Of a DNA stretch of 64,000 nt, positions 40,994-51,593 are shown piece by piece. The stretch is taken from assembly GCA_029250605.1 (NCBI GenBank), contig JAQXEZ010000016.1, positions 1,743-65,742 of the forward strand, read 5' to 3'. This stretch comes from Candidatus Thalassarchaeaceae archaeon (GTDB taxonomy: Archaea; Thermoplasmatota; Poseidoniia; Poseidoniales; Thalassarchaeaceae). How positions within the stretch are numbered: the first letter of the stretch is position 1; each line of letters opens with the position of its first letter. The position numbers and the translations under genes are program-made. The notes under the pieces are model-generated. The model saw only the letters and a list, made by a program, of their open reading frames with translations. It ran no database searches and was not told where the DNA came from.

Positions 40994-42016
40994 TCACTCC
41001 GGGGAGAAGTCCAATAGGACCTTTCCTCGATTTTTCCGATTATGCATGTGCATCTGCGCATCCGCCACTTTCTCGAATCGCCACACTGAGTCGATTACAG
41101 GATCAATCTCTCCTTTCTCTAGCATCTCGGACAACGAAGCAAGATGCCCCTTGAATACCGACTCATCCTCCAAGAGACCCATATGGATGCCGAAAACAGC
41201 CTTGTTTGAGGTCATAAGCCGGATAGGGTCGAATCTAGGCATTCCCCACCACATCCTCAGTTCGGATAGCCTCGACCTCTTTTCTCCCTTTACCGCTGCA
41301 GATGCCCCGAAGTAGTACAATTTACCCCCCTTCCTAAGGGACTTGTATGACCTTAGCAGGTGACTTCCACCAACAGGGTCGATGGCATGATGAACCCCTC
41401 TCCCATCGGTCAACTCCTTGCAGACTTCTTCGAAGTCTTCCTCCTCCCTATCTACGAACCTCATGCCCATTGATTCAACAAAACCCCTCTTGGGGGTGGA
41501 GGCGGTTCCAACTACCAATGAAGCCCCAAAAGATTCGCAGATCTGTGCTACTGCAGTACCTACTCCGCCAGCAGCGTGATGGATAAGGACCGAATCTCCC
41601 TCACTAATCCTTCCTAGGTGCACTAACATGTGGAATGCCGTACCATAGGTGACTGGAATCGCAGCAGCTTGATCGAAAGAGATCGAGTCAGGAATGGGTA
41701 TTACTCTTCTAGCATCCAGGCAGACCTTTTCAGAATATCCTCCGAAGCCAGTCATTGCCAGCACCCGATCCCCTTCTTCCAGGGTGCCCACGCTGTCCCC
41801 GACACCAATTACTACGCCCGATGCCTCATATCCGGGCGTGAATGGGAAGTCTGGATTAGAGCCGTATAGGCCCTGCCTCATCATCAATTCTGCGAAGTTA
41901 ACCCCCGCCCTATGGATTCTGACGCATACTTGGCCACTCTCTGGAACGGGGTCCTCCTCTTCCACGATCTCGATTGTTTCGACACCACCAGCCCTTGGAT
42001 AGACAATTTTCCTCAT
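40994..42016 (-). CDS. Medium-chain reductase / quinone oxidoreductase (VAT-1-like)
   Basis: GVNFAELMMRQGLY, PGYEASG, HHAAGGVG, RKNRGKVLL. Confidence 0.9.
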   Translation of the reverse strand: MRKIVYPRAGGVETIEIVEEEDPVPESGQVCVRIHRAGVNFAELMMRQGLYGSNPDFPFTPGYEASGVVIGVGDSVGTLEEGDRVLAMTGFGGYSEKVCLDARRVIPIPDSISFDQAAAIPVTYGTAFHMLVHLGRISEGDSVLIHHAAGGVGTAVAQICESFGASLVVGTASTPKRGFVESMGMRFVDREEEDFEEVCKELTDGRGVHHAIDPVGGSHLLRSYKSLRKGGKLYYFGASAAVKGEKRSRLSELRMWWGMPRFDPIRLMTSNKAVFGIHMGLLEDESVFKGHLASLSEMLEKGEIDPVIDSVWRFEKVADAQMHMHNRKNRGKVLLDFSPE

Positions 42017-42055
42017 TCAAATTCCCCTTGCAATCTCCGCTCTATTCAAAGTAAT

Positions 42056-42634
42056 TTATGGGATGTACTCTCTAATTTCTTCTAGCCCCTTCTTGTTCTT
42101 AGTAGGCACCCCTCCCGAGGGATAGCCAATCTTGATGAAGCCAATTATTCGCTCTTCATTTGGAGATACTCCGATTGCCCCATACAATGCCTTCGAACGA
42201 GTAATCGCACCAGTGCTCCACTGCGATCCGATTCCATTCCCCCACAGCGAGAGGACCAAATTGTGTGTCGCACATACTGTTGCCGCATAGTCCTCCCCTT
42301 CCCTAAAGGGGTCTTGAGGACTCAAAGCGCTAGTAACACAAATTAGAACTGGAGGTGATAGGATCTTGTCGACTGCCTTGGAAATGCCTGCCCCCGAATC
42401 CTCTCCATCGGGGACCTTTTTCTTCGCCAGTCTTTTGACCTCGGGGATGATTTCTTTTCGGACCGCATCCCCCATTACGTAGAATTTCCAAGGGTGGGTA
42501 TTCTTGTGACACGGAGCATTCCTTGCCGCATCAAAGGCTAACTCCAGTGCCTCCTCTCTAACCTTCTTTTCGCTGAACTTGTAGATGGTGCGCCTTGAGG
42601 TGAGGACATCTTGGAATACGGACATTTCCCTCAC
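42056..42634 (-). CDS. Nitroreductase family protein (YdjA-like)
   Basis: RRTIYKF, APCHKNTHPWKF, GIGSQWSTG. Confidence 0.88.
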   Translation of the reverse strand: MREMSVFQDVLTSRRTIYKFSEKKVREEALELAFDAARNAPCHKNTHPWKFYVMGDAVRKEIIPEVKRLAKKKVPDGEDSGAGISKAVDKILSPPVLICVTSALSPQDPFREGEDYAATVCATHNLVLSLWGNGIGSQWSTGAITRSKALYGAIGVSPNEERIIGFIKIGYPSGGVPTKNKKGLEEIREYIP

Positions 42635-42963
42635 CGTTCGATTGCATCGAACTTGGACGCCAAAACGAAGTCTGACTCGGAAAGCGCGTCGATTTTATGG
42701 GTGAAAATTACGGCTACCAATTTACCCCATCCAAGGTTGAAATCGGCATGATGATTTTGCTCCTCGCATATAGCCCCCAGTGAGTTGGTAAATTCGAGAG
42801 CGGATGCAAAGTCTGCAAAGGTCCAGGTCCGGGTAATGTGATGATTCTCGACTAACTCCCAGTCGTCATGGATCTGCACGAGGAATGCTATCGACTCTTC
42901 TTCGCTGAGCGGGGGGACACCTCCCTCGCAAGGAACACAGTCCATGGCAGAAAGATTATCCAA
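42631..42963 (-). CDS. phhB: Pterin-4-alpha-carbinolamine dehydratase
   Basis: CVPCEGG, EQNHHAD, THKIDALSESDFVLA. Confidence 0.9.
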   Translation of the reverse strand: MDNLSAMDCVPCEGGVPPLSEEESIAFLVQIHDDWELVENHHITRTWTFADFASALEFTNSLGAICEEQNHHADFNLGWGKLVAVIFTHKIDALSESDFVLASKFDAIER

Positions 42964-42967
42964 TTAT

Positions 42968-43420
42968 TCACCCCCATGATAGATTGTTTCCATGACCTTC
43001 ACTGGTCTTCTCAGCCATCTCGTGGACCTCTGATCTTCTCTTCATGTCATCCTTCTCGAATTTTAGTAACTCTTCGTCCTCGATGTATGTTTTTCTCAGA
43101 TGCGTGACAAGCCTCACTTCCACAATAGCATCACGAGATATTGATCTGAATTCACCATTCTCATCCAATACGTCTATCGAAGAACTCCTTCCCCCTACCA
43201 TCATTCCACGTATCACTGGGTCTCTGTCATCAGGTAGCATCCTCCTGTCTAGGAGCATCTCGACTAAATCGTCCTTCCTCAGGCCGTATTTCCTGTCTAG
43301 TAGGGGTCCATGGAATACATCGCCAAGCTCATCTAGACTCGGCGAACCATAATCCTCCAAGAAACTAGTAGCCCATGGGGGCAAATCAATTTCTTTCCCC
43401 CCTCTAGTTGCGTCGGACAC
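42968..43420 (-). CDS. Hypothetical protein, possible Sm/Hfq-like fold
   Basis: First gene of the phhB-nitroreductase run; the fold is guessed from the beta-strand pattern only. Confidence 0.65.
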   Translation of the reverse strand: MSDATRGGKEIDLPPWATSFLEDYGSPSLDELGDVFHGPLLDRKYGLRKDDLVEMLLDRRMLPDDRDPVIRGMMVGGRSSSIDVLDENGEFRSISRDAIVEVRLVTHLRKTYIEDEELLKFEKDDMKRRSEVHEMAEKTSEGHGNNLSWG

Positions 43421-43538
43421 ATGCCTTCGTTCCGGCAGTCATAGAAAAACCAGCGGGTCGCCCATGGCCGTCAATTTCCCCCATACATTACTAATGATTG
43501 AAGTGCGATACCGTGGCGGAGTCGACGGAGGTAGTTGC

Positions 43539-44573
43539 TTGGGTTCGGTAGAATGGAGGTCGATTCCGACCGTACTTTATCCTCAGGAGATTCTCGACAA
43601 GGCATTTGGGAGGGCGAGCAGTCAGTCGGATTTGGTCGAGGATCCTGACAAGTACCATCGAGTCAGGAAGCAGATGACTCGGATGGTCCAGTCTGCTTGT
43701 GATGTCGCGACAAAGACCCTAAACTCGTACGTGGGTAGATGGCCCAGCCTAAACTCGTTACCTGAGTTCGACCAGGCTCTTGTGGATGCAGCAGTGGGGT
43801 GTGACGATTACAAAAAGAATCTAGCATCATTGCAATGGGCCGCCGAGAGGTCCCAGAGGATTTCCGGAGAAGCGCAGTCAAAGATACTAAGACTCAGAGA
43901 TATTGACGGATTTCACAAGGCAAGGAGGCACGCATATGGGCGCTTATCCTCAATTATCGATCAGATTTCACCTCAGATTTTGTGGTTGGGCGAGGCTCGA
44001 GAGGTTCTACGGAAACTTCCCTCTACCGACCCATTCGAACCATGCATTGTCGTAGCCGGATCACCCAATGTCGGAAAATCAGCATTAATTAGTGCACTTT
44101 CGAGTGGCGAGCCACAGGTCGCATCGTACCCATTTACGACCAAGCAAATCCATCTCGGGCATTTCACGCATAGGCGCAGAGTGTACCAGATGGTAGATAC
44201 CCCCGGTCTTCTCGATAGGCCTATGCCGGAAAGGAACCAGATAGAGATGCAGGCTATTGCCGCTCTGGAGCATCTCGGCGATGTTCTGTTGTTTTTGATT
44301 GATAGGACCGACGATTCGACAACCCCTGTTTCCGAGCAGGAGCATCTCCTCGAAGAGGTGAGGGGACTCCTGTCCGACAGGAGGGTTCTTGTTGTTTCTA
44401 CGAAGTCAGACCTCATCGAGAATAATGGCCCCTCTGACGATCACAGCATCAGCTCAATTACCGGGGAAGGATTAGAGGATCTAAGGTCAGTTCTAATCGA
44501 AATTATCGATGCCGATAGGGTAGAAGATCCGCTGACTCTTCCCGATCATTGGCCTCGACAGGATGAGGCCTAG
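43539..44573 (+). CDS. NOG1 family GTPase
   Basis: GSPNVGKS, YPFTTK, DTPGLLDRP, TKSD. TTG 43539 follows a GGAGGT SD (track start 43464). Confidence 0.92.
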   Translation: MGSVEWRSIPTVLYPQEILDKAFGRASSQSDLVEDPDKYHRVRKQMTRMVQSACDVATKTLNSYVGRWPSLNSLPEFDQALVDAAVGCDDYKKNLASLQWAAERSQRISGEAQSKILRLRDIDGFHKARRHAYGRLSSIIDQISPQILWLGEAREVLRKLPSTDPFEPCIVVAGSPNVGKSALISALSSGEPQVASYPFTTKQIHLGHFTHRRRVYQMVDTPGLLDRPMPERNQIEMQAIAALEHLGDVLLFLIDRTDDSTTPVSEQEHLLEEVRGLLSDRRVLVVSTKSDLIENNGPSDDHSISSITGEGLEDLRSVLIEIIDADRVEDPLTLPDHWPRQDEA

Positions 44574-44587
44574 ATCTATCCCGAGGA

Positions 44588-44704
44588 TCAGACGTGCCAC
44601 GAATGGCCGCAGACTACGCAGTAGAAGTTGTGTCCGCCATAAGACTCAGAAAGTCCCGAAACGTCAACCTCAGAGCTGCAGTTGGGGCATTTTGTCACGC
44701 GCAT
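44588..44704 (-). CDS. Putative 38-aa zinc-finger microprotein (CPxC...CxxCG), not in the ORF track
   Basis: Reads MRVTKCPNCSSEVDVSGLSESYGGHNFYCVVCGHSWHV; ATG preceded by GGAG. Confidence 0.7.
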   Translation of the reverse strand: MRVTKCPNCSSEVDVSGLSESYGGHNFYCVVCGHSWHV

Positions 44705-44749
44705 ACACTCTCCAATACGGATTGGTTATTCAACGATACTGAGGAAAAC

Positions 44750-45340
44750 TCACTTCTTACCTTGGATTCGCTTCAGCAGGTTCCTAATCGGAAACGCCAT
44801 CTCACCTGCCCCAAGCAGCAGCAGTCCAGAAGTGCCAGCGAGGATAATCTCAACGTAATTGTCCAAGTGTATGCTAGAGGTCATCTCGACCATCTGTGAA
44901 TCGAGTCCAGCACCCTCATAACCAGCGGTAACGAAACGGTAGGAACCAGGTTTGACCTTGAAAATCATCGAACCGTCATTCTGCGGCCCCCCTGCCACTA
45001 GGAACTCACCAATCTCTTCTTCTGTGCACATGGTTAGGCCAGTAGAACCATCCGGGGGGCACTCTTCCGCTGCCGAGGAATCTACTACTCCCAGCCAGCC
45101 TCTGTCTGGCTCCTTCCACTTAACATCAAGAGTGATGTCCAATAGCCCGAACGCACTTGGAACTTCCATATCCTCAATCGTCATTCCGACATTGCATCCA
45201 GCATCATCATCCGAGCAAGGGACGATAGGTACTTGATTTCCTGTTGCCGCCGTCTGATATCCGATTAGGCTCACGACGAGTATCAAAGCACATAGCAATC
45301 CGACCAACATCGGTAGAACGGAAAGGATTCTGACCATCAT
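44750..45340 (-). CDS. Hypothetical membrane protein (two TM, Cys-containing external domain)
   Basis: N- and C-terminal hydrophobic helices; GGAGG SD upstream. Confidence 0.7.
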   Translation of the reverse strand: MMVRILSVLPMLVGLLCALILVVSLIGYQTAATGNQVPIVPCSDDDAGCNVGMTIEDMEVPSAFGLLDITLDVKWKEPDRGWLGVVDSSAAEECPPDGSTGLTMCTEEEIGEFLVAGGPQNDGSMIFKVKPGSYRFVTAGYEGAGLDSQMVEMTSSIHLDNYVEIILAGTSGLLLLGAGEMAFPIRNLLKRIQGKK

Positions 45341-45368
45341 TCTAACATGCCTCCTGATTCAACGCGAT

Positions 45369-45677
45369 TTAACCTGACGCTCCCATGATGATCTGGAATG
45401 CAAGGAGGCCAACGAAAATCGCAATCCCGAAGTACATCAAGAAGGTGAACCTCTTCCTTGATTTCTCACGCCTTTCAAACATTGTTTCACAACCATCGTC
45501 ACCGCATATCGCTGGTTCGCTATCCAATGAAATCGGCTTCCAGCAAACGGTACAATGCCTGTGCGGCTCTATGCCAACCCTAGTTCTGGACTTGCTGCCT
45601 CTCTTCGATGCTGCGGCATGAGCCTGCTTCGCAGTCCTCTTCGCCGCCTTCAGAATGGTGTCTTTCCTACTGGTCAT
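45369..45677 (-). CDS. DUF2116 family Zn-ribbon membrane protein
   Basis: PHRHCTVCWKPI...CGDDGC followed by a C-terminal TM helix. Confidence 0.8.
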   Translation of the reverse strand: MTSRKDTILKAAKRTAKQAHAAASKRGSKSRTRVGIEPHRHCTVCWKPISLDSEPAICGDDGCETMFERREKSRKRFTFLMYFGIAIFVGLLAFQIIMGASG

Positions 45678-46378
45678 TAGCCCCTCACCCTCGTTCCCTC
45701 GAAATCATCCCCCTCGAGTGACATCTTGATCACTTGAGTGTCCCTGCCATCGAGAACATCCAGGGGGAGGCCATGCTCAACTGCTTCCCCCACTCCAACT
45801 GGATCAACTACCTGGGAGGTCCCTGCCTCTGCATGTTCTGGTGGCCCCACTATCTCTTGCAATTCTCTTAGTGTCAGATGATCGAAAGATTCTGCTTCAG
45901 GATATTGGCTGGGATCATGTGAATAGACGCGGGCGACGTTCGTCGCAATAACACACTTTTCCGCCTCACTCTGTATAGCCAACCTAATTGCAACTGCATC
46001 TGTAGTGTGCCCCGGCTCAGTCCCCCCCATTACGACAACGTCACATTTCTCCAATTCTAGCACCGCTTCTTCTGTGCTTTCTGGAATCTTCCTCGATACT
46101 GCCAAACCGCCTTCGGAGAGTGATTCTCTGACAATGGTTGCATTGAGTCTCGTCGCGGCAATTCCGATCCTGTCCAAGTGAGACACATCTTGAATAAATG
46201 GCTTGGCCAATTCTATCCCCTCTCTCGCCGGAGAGCCACCTCCAACTACCAATGCCACCTTTGACCCTGATTCCACACTTGCTACAATTACTTCGACCAA
46301 ACTCTGTAACCATTTGTGTCTCCCTTCGACTTCCGGCCTAAGCAAGCTCCCACCGAGCGCAACAACAACCGTCGCCAT
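45677..46378 (-). CDS. pyrH: UMP kinase (archaeal type)
   Basis: LGGS, VVGGG, DRIGIAATRLNA, GGTEPGHTTDAVA. Confidence 0.92.
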   Translation of the reverse strand: MATVVVALGGSLLRPEVEGRHKWLQSLVEVIVASVESGSKVALVVGGGSPAREGIELAKPFIQDVSHLDRIGIAATRLNATIVRESLSEGGLAVSRKIPESTEEAVLELEKCDVVVMGGTEPGHTTDAVAIRLAIQSEAEKCVIATNVARVYSHDPSQYPEAESFDHLTLRELQEIVGPPEHAEAGTSQVVDPVGVGEAVEHGLPLDVLDGRDTQVIKMSLEGDDFEGTRVRG

Positions 46379-46474
46379 CGACCATAGGTTGGCACCTTGC
46401 CTTTCAATACGTATGCTCTACTGGTGCTGAAGGGTTGAAATGCCGCCCGTGATGTCAAATCACGGAGGAGTAGC

Positions 46475-47722
46475 ATGTCTGACGAGATAGCGCAGCAACA
46501 GCGTAGGCTTCGACTCAAGAAGTCACTCGCGGAACTATCCGTAATGAAGGGCATGGGAACCGAGTTGGTTACTGTCATAATCCCACCTGAAAAGATGATG
46601 CACGATGTTCGCCATCATCTTGTAAATGAGGCCGGCCAAGCCGCCAACATCAAGTCTAAATCCACTAAGAAGCATGTTACTGATGCCATAGAATCAGCAA
46701 TTTCTACACTTAATCGATACAAGACGCCAGGAGATGGCGGAATCGCACTTTTCGTCGGCCATGTTATCACTGGAAATAACAAGTCAAGGCTGATGTCGAC
46801 TGTGATCGACGATCCTCCGGAGCCATTCCCGTCCTTCAGATACAGGTGCGACTCAACCTTCGAGATTAGTCAGTTGGAAGAGATGCTCATCGATCGAACT
46901 TCATATGCTCTTTTTGTCATCGATAGATCAGAGGCAGCTTATGGGTTGGCTTCAGGAAAAAGACTACATTGTCAAGAGCACATCACATCACTAGTCCCTT
47001 CGAAGCATGGCAGAGGGGGGCAATCTGCACAAAGGTTCGAGAGGCTGATTGAGGAGGCGGCTCATAACTTCTTCAAGAAAGCAGCAGAAAGAGCGTCAAA
47101 CTACTGGCTCCCGATGGTCCAGGATCTGAAAGGGGTAATTATCGGTGGGCCAGGGGCGACAAAGGACTTCGTTGTGAAGAATGACTATTTCCATCACGAA
47201 ATCAAGAAACTGATCGCTGAACCTTTCTTTGATGTGGGCTATTCGAATGAGAGTGGCCTGAGGGAGTTGATTCAACGTGCCGGCTCAACAATGGATCAGA
47301 TAGAGTTAGATGTCGAACGCACAATCGTCGATGAATTCTTGCAGGAGGTGATGAAGTCAAACCCAAAGGCGACTTATGGGGAGATGATGATTCGTTCCGC
47401 ATTGGGGCAAGGTGCGGTTTCCACCCTCCTTCTCTCCGAGGCACTAACAAAGAGGAGAGTCACCTGGTTTTGCAAGGGGTGCAAGAATGAGTGGGTAACC
47501 ACTCATGAAAAGTCATCAGCGATCCCAATTTGTCCTGAGTGCAAATCTGAAAAAGTCATTGAGGACGAGGAGAATTCAATGGATATCATCGATGAACTAA
47601 CGATATTGGCCGGACACACTTCTGCAAAGGTTCGACTAATCTCACTTGATACCGAGGAGGGTTCGACCCTCCATACTTCTTTCGGCGGAATCGCCGCACT
47701 GTTGAGGTACCCAATTTCTTGA
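46475..47722 (+). CDS. prf1: Peptide chain release factor aRF1
   Basis: NIKS, YRCDSTF, GGQSAQRF, GGIAALLRY. Confidence 0.97.
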   Translation: MSDEIAQQQRRLRLKKSLAELSVMKGMGTELVTVIIPPEKMMHDVRHHLVNEAGQAANIKSKSTKKHVTDAIESAISTLNRYKTPGDGGIALFVGHVITGNNKSRLMSTVIDDPPEPFPSFRYRCDSTFEISQLEEMLIDRTSYALFVIDRSEAAYGLASGKRLHCQEHITSLVPSKHGRGGQSAQRFERLIEEAAHNFFKKAAERASNYWLPMVQDLKGVIIGGPGATKDFVVKNDYFHHEIKKLIAEPFFDVGYSNESGLRELIQRAGSTMDQIELDVERTIVDEFLQEVMKSNPKATYGEMMIRSALGQGAVSTLLLSEALTKRRVTWFCKGCKNEWVTTHEKSSAIPICPECKSEKVIEDEENSMDIIDELTILAGHTSAKVRLISLDTEEGSTLHTSFGGIAALLRYPIS

Positions 47723-47723
47723 G

Positions 47724-49472
47724 GTGATTTGGATTAGAGATCTAATTGATGAGATGACCCCAACCTTCTCCAAAGCCATGAAATCACTGGAAGTAGACGA
47801 TTCGGTATGGCTTCCGTTAATCGGAAGAGCAACGGTTGAGGATCACGGGGACGTAGCGCTTCCATGCCATTCTCTGGCAAGTAGGTTGAGAAAACCTCCC
47901 CAGGATATTGCAGAGCAAATCTGCATGCTCGTCAAGGAAGATCTAGATCCGTTTGCAACCGTCTCATCAATTAGTGGATTCGTGAACATTAGTGCAAAAC
48001 CAGAATGGCTATCAAATTCACTTTCCTCTCTCATCTCCGATCACAGATTGGGCATCGAGTTGGAAAACCCCCTCACATTCGCAATCGACTATTCGGCCCC
48101 TAACGTCGCTAAGGAGATGCACGTCGGTCACCTGAGGTCGACTGTAATAGGTGATTCAATAGTCAGAATGCTCGAATTCAAGGGACATAGGGCGATTAGG
48201 GAGAATCACGTAGGTGACTGGGGTACTCCATTCGGTATGTTGATCGAGCATCTTCTAGATCTCGGTGAGGATCTGGCGGCAAATGAGTTGGGCGTCGGTG
48301 ATCTGGACTCATTCTACAAACAGGCCAGGGCCAAATTTGTCTCCGATGATGAGTTTGCTGATCGATCGAGAAGCAGGGTTGTTCTCCTCCAAGGAGGAGA
48401 TCCAGAGACACTTCGGCTCTGGAGGGTTCTGGTTGACGAATCAATGAGGTACTTCAACGAGGTTTACTCAATGCTAGGAGTTCTACTAACCGATGAAGAC
48501 ATCAGAGGGGAGTCAAGTTACCATGACTTGCTTCCAGAGGTCGTTGAACGACTGAAGAAAGTTGGGATATTGGAGGAGAGCGAGGGTGCAGATGTTGTTT
48601 TCCCGGGCGGATGGGTCAATCGCGAAGGGGAGCCACTTCCAATGATAATCAGGAAGGCAGATGGGGGCTACAACTACAGCACTTCAGATCTGGCATGTAT
48701 TATCGATAGAGTCGAGAGACTGGGCTGCGATAGATTCCTGTATGTCGTCGGTACTCCTCAGAAGCAGCACTTCGAGATGGTCTTCCAAGTCGCAAAGCAA
48801 GCAGGGTTCATGAACGAGAATCATCAAGCTGTGCACGTTAATTTCGGCTCGGTTCTTGATACAGATGGAAAGGTTCTGAAGAGCAGGGAGGGGGAAGTCA
48901 TCAAACTCCATGATCTCCTAGAAGAAGCAATCAGGAGGGCCGATGATGCAATCAATGAGAAGAATCCAGAATTGGTTGGCGATGAAAGGGACCAGGTTGC
49001 TCGGACTGTGGGCATTGGGGCCGTCAAGTACGCCGACCTCTCCACCGAGAGAACGAAAGACTACGTTTTTGATTGGGAAAGGATGCTATCTTTCGATGGA
49101 AACACGGCCCCATATCTTCAATATGCATATGCTAGGATATGCAGCATTTTCAGAAAATGGGGTGGTGACAGGGAATCTCTCCGTGACGCTGTTTTTGTCT
49201 TATCCAATTCACAAGAATTGACCCTTTCCAGAAGGCTTGCAGAGTTCCCCTCAATTTTTGATAACTCATTTGACACATTCAGCCCTCACAAACTTTGTAC
49301 TCACTTGCATTCAATCGCCTCAGCATTCGCCTCATTTTACGAGAATTGCAATGTTCTGAAGGAGGAGGATGATGATATTGCAAAAAGCCGTTTAGCATTG
49401 TGTGAGCTAACTGCTCGAGAACTCCAACTGGGATTGGGGATAATGGGAATCGATGTTCCGGAGAGAATGTGA
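47724..49472 (+). CDS. argS: Arginine--tRNA ligase
   Basis: [48 protein letters not shown]. Confidence 0.96.
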   Translation: MIWIRDLIDEMTPTFSKAMKSLEVDDSVWLPLIGRATVEDHGDVALPCHSLASRLRKPPQDIAEQICMLVKEDLDPFATVSSISGFVNISAKPEWLSNSLSSLISDHRLGIELENPLTFAIDYSAPNVAKEMHVGHLRSTVIGDSIVRMLEFKGHRAIRENHVGDWGTPFGMLIEHLLDLGEDLAANELGVGDLDSFYKQARAKFVSDDEFADRSRSRVVLLQGGDPETLRLWRVLVDESMRYFNEVYSMLGVLLTDEDIRGESSYHDLLPEVVERLKKVGILEESEGADVVFPGGWVNREGEPLPMIIRKADGGYNYSTSDLACIIDRVERLGCDRFLYVVGTPQKQHFEMVFQVAKQAGFMNENHQAVHVNFGSVLDTDGKVLKSREGEVIKLHDLLEEAIRRADDAINEKNPELVGDERDQVARTVGIGAVKYADLSTERTKDYVFDWERMLSFDGNTAPYLQYAYARICSIFRKWGGDRESLRDAVFVLSNSQELTLSRRLAEFPSIFDNSFDTFSPHKLCTHLHSIASAFASFYENCNVLKEEDDDIAKSRLALCELTARELQLGLGIMGIDVPERM

Positions 49473-49512
49473 ATCTAGGCATGTTCAAAATATGCAGCCT
49501 CTTGCCGTCTTC

Positions 49513-49977
49513 ATGGTTAAAGTAGGCGAGAAGGCCCCCGATTTTACATTGAAGAACACCTCAAAGGAAGCAGTAACACTATCCGACTATCGCGGAAAGA
49601 CTGTGATTTTAGCATTCTATCCGGGAGCATTTACGGGTGTTTGCGACAAAGAGATGTGCTCATTTCAAGAAAATCTTACCATTCTGAACGATTGCAATGC
49701 GACTGTATTTGGAATCAGCGTAGACTCCCCTTGGGCCAACGCAGAGTTCGCGAGAAGATACAACTTAGAATTTGAATTACTTTCAGATCTGGATAGGGAT
49801 GTCGTCGAGTCATACGATGCACAATTTGTCGGGCTCGGTGGTCTCGATGGTTATGTCAGTGCAAACCGAGTAGTCATAATAATCGATACTCAGGGAACAG
49901 TCCAGTATCGGTGGGTCGCTGAAAATCCAGGGGTCGAGCCAGATTACGACGCAGTGGTTTCTTTCTGTGCTGCTTAG
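49513..49977 (+). CDS. Peroxiredoxin (AhpE/BCP-like)
   Basis: [31 protein letters not shown]. Confidence 0.9.
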   Translation: MVKVGEKAPDFTLKNTSKEAVTLSDYRGKTVILAFYPGAFTGVCDKEMCSFQENLTILNDCNATVFGISVDSPWANAEFARRYNLEFELLSDLDRDVVESYDAQFVGLGGLDGYVSANRVVIIIDTQGTVQYRWVAENPGVEPDYDAVVSFCAA

Positions 49978-51530
49978 CCCCATGCTAGGTGACGAACCAG
50001 AGAACCGTAGATGATCCCAGAAACAGCTAGGCTCTCTTCGTTGAATCGATCCATGTTGTCCAAGTAGGTGTGGTATTCTGACGAGCCGGAGCCATAGCAC
50101 ATCATCGCCAATCCAAATTCATCCACCTCTTCCTGGTGAATTCCAAACACGAATGGCGCATGGTCAGAGTTGTATGGCATCTGCTCCGATGCAAGCTCCC
50201 TAACGCTAATGCTGTATCTTTCGTACAGTTCGGGATGGGTCTCAGCAAACTCGTCAACCAAACCCTCAATGTGTTTCACATCCGTTGCACTGTTCCCCTG
50301 CAGCATCACTCCGGAGTTCCTCTCGGCATCTACGTGGTTCATATCGAGGTTGATGTACAGTCTGAGGTTATCCTCCAGCATTTCCCTATGCTTGCTGACC
50401 CATTCCGAGGATCCCCAGAGGCCTTCTTCTTCCCCACCCCATGTGCAGAAGTAGACCGTCAATTCAGGTTCTCCCAGTTCTTCTTGCAACAAGCCGAATT
50501 GCCTAGCCATCTCCATCACAGTGGCGGCCCCTGCCGTGTTGTCCACAGCACCTTGCCCATTGTATACGGTGTCATGATGGGCGCCAATTACGACCAACTC
50601 CTCGGTCTCACCCTCGATAATCCCGCAAGGAACGTGGATGTTGCCATTGTTTTGGTTGTCAACCTCTATTCGGAATTCTAACATCCCTTCTGAGTTGACT
50701 ACCTGGTCACGGATAGACTCACCGACGCTCTTCGAGACCATTACGAACCCGATGTCGTAGGGCCTTTCCTCAAACTGCGTGATATCCAGAGATTTAGAGT
50801 AGGGGACGCAATCACCGGATACCAAATCATCACAATTTTGTCTGGAATTTACCGTAATCAGGCCCCTCAGACCATTCTCCTGGGCTCGCGTCATCAGTAT
50901 TGTGTTGCTCTCGGTTCCCGGCTGACCATTCTCGCCATCCAACAGCCATACCAATCCAATGCCATTGCTGGCCGAACTCCAATCCTGTGTTTGATTCCCC
51001 ATGGCCAAGTCAATCACGTGGACATCACTGCTCGCTGGAATATTCACGCTTCCGCTGTATCCCTGGACGACGAAATCTGACCTGTGCTCGAATTGCACCT
51101 CATCTCTGTCCAAGTCCGCAACAGAGCAAGGTGCTGGACCCCCGAAAATCCCTCCAACATTACCAGGTAGGCAGATCATCATTTCGAATGTGTTGCCCAT
51201 GTAGTATAGTGGAACCTCGAACTCTTCGAGAGTAGAGGGCAATCCGCTATTCGAGAAATTGGTCTTGATCGATTGTGCAGTATTCTCCTCTTCCACAGTT
51301 CCAGAAAGCCTTCCACCCCAGTCAGGATCTCCGAGGTCAACCAGACCTTGGGCATACGCCCTAGTTTGGTTGGCGTCGAAGTCAATTAACTCGTATTCTT
51401 GCTCTCCCTTGATCCATCTTGCTAGATCTTCCCCGAACAAAACCCCGCCTCCCGCCGCACCGAGGACGACCATACCTACGACGATAATTGTGGAAGTCGG
51501 CTTACCAAAACTAGGTGACCATTCAGTCAT
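49974..51530 (-). CDS. M28 family metallopeptidase with PA-like insert, membrane anchored
   Basis: [31 protein letters not shown]; N-terminal TM helix. Confidence 0.88.
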   Translation of the reverse strand: MTEWSPSFGKPTSTIIVVGMVVLGAAGGGVLFGEDLARWIKGEQEYELIDFDANQTRAYAQGLVDLGDPDWGGRLSGTVEEENTAQSIKTNFSNSGLPSTLEEFEVPLYYMGNTFEMMICLPGNVGGIFGGPAPCSVADLDRDEVQFEHRSDFVVQGYSGSVNIPASSDVHVIDLAMGNQTQDWSSASNGIGLVWLLDGENGQPGTESNTILMTRAQENGLRGLITVNSRQNCDDLVSGDCVPYSKSLDITQFEERPYDIGFVMVSKSVGESIRDQVVNSEGMLEFRIEVDNQNNGNIHVPCGIIEGETEELVVIGAHHDTVYNGQGAVDNTAGAATVMEMARQFGLLQEELGEPELTVYFCTWGGEEEGLWGSSEWVSKHREMLEDNLRLYINLDMNHVDAERNSGVMLQGNSATDVKHIEGLVDEFAETHPELYERYSISVRELASEQMPYNSDHAPFVFGIHQEEVDEFGLAMMCYGSGSSEYHTYLDNMDRFNEESLAVSGIIYGSLVRHLAWG

Positions 51531-51593
51531 GTTATGGCAATTGAACTCTTTCCACCACTATTGAACCCATTCCAGTGCCGGTCATGCTGGGCA

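Noticed and set aside
44594-44899. 101-aa + strand ORF
   Set aside because: No motifs, and it overlaps two better minus-strand genes (the zinc-finger microprotein and 44750-45340).
46475-47722. Altered genetic code or stop recoding through aRF1
   Set aside because: NIKS, YxCxxxF and GGQ are canonical, and TAA, TAG and TGA all end conserved genes at the expected positions.
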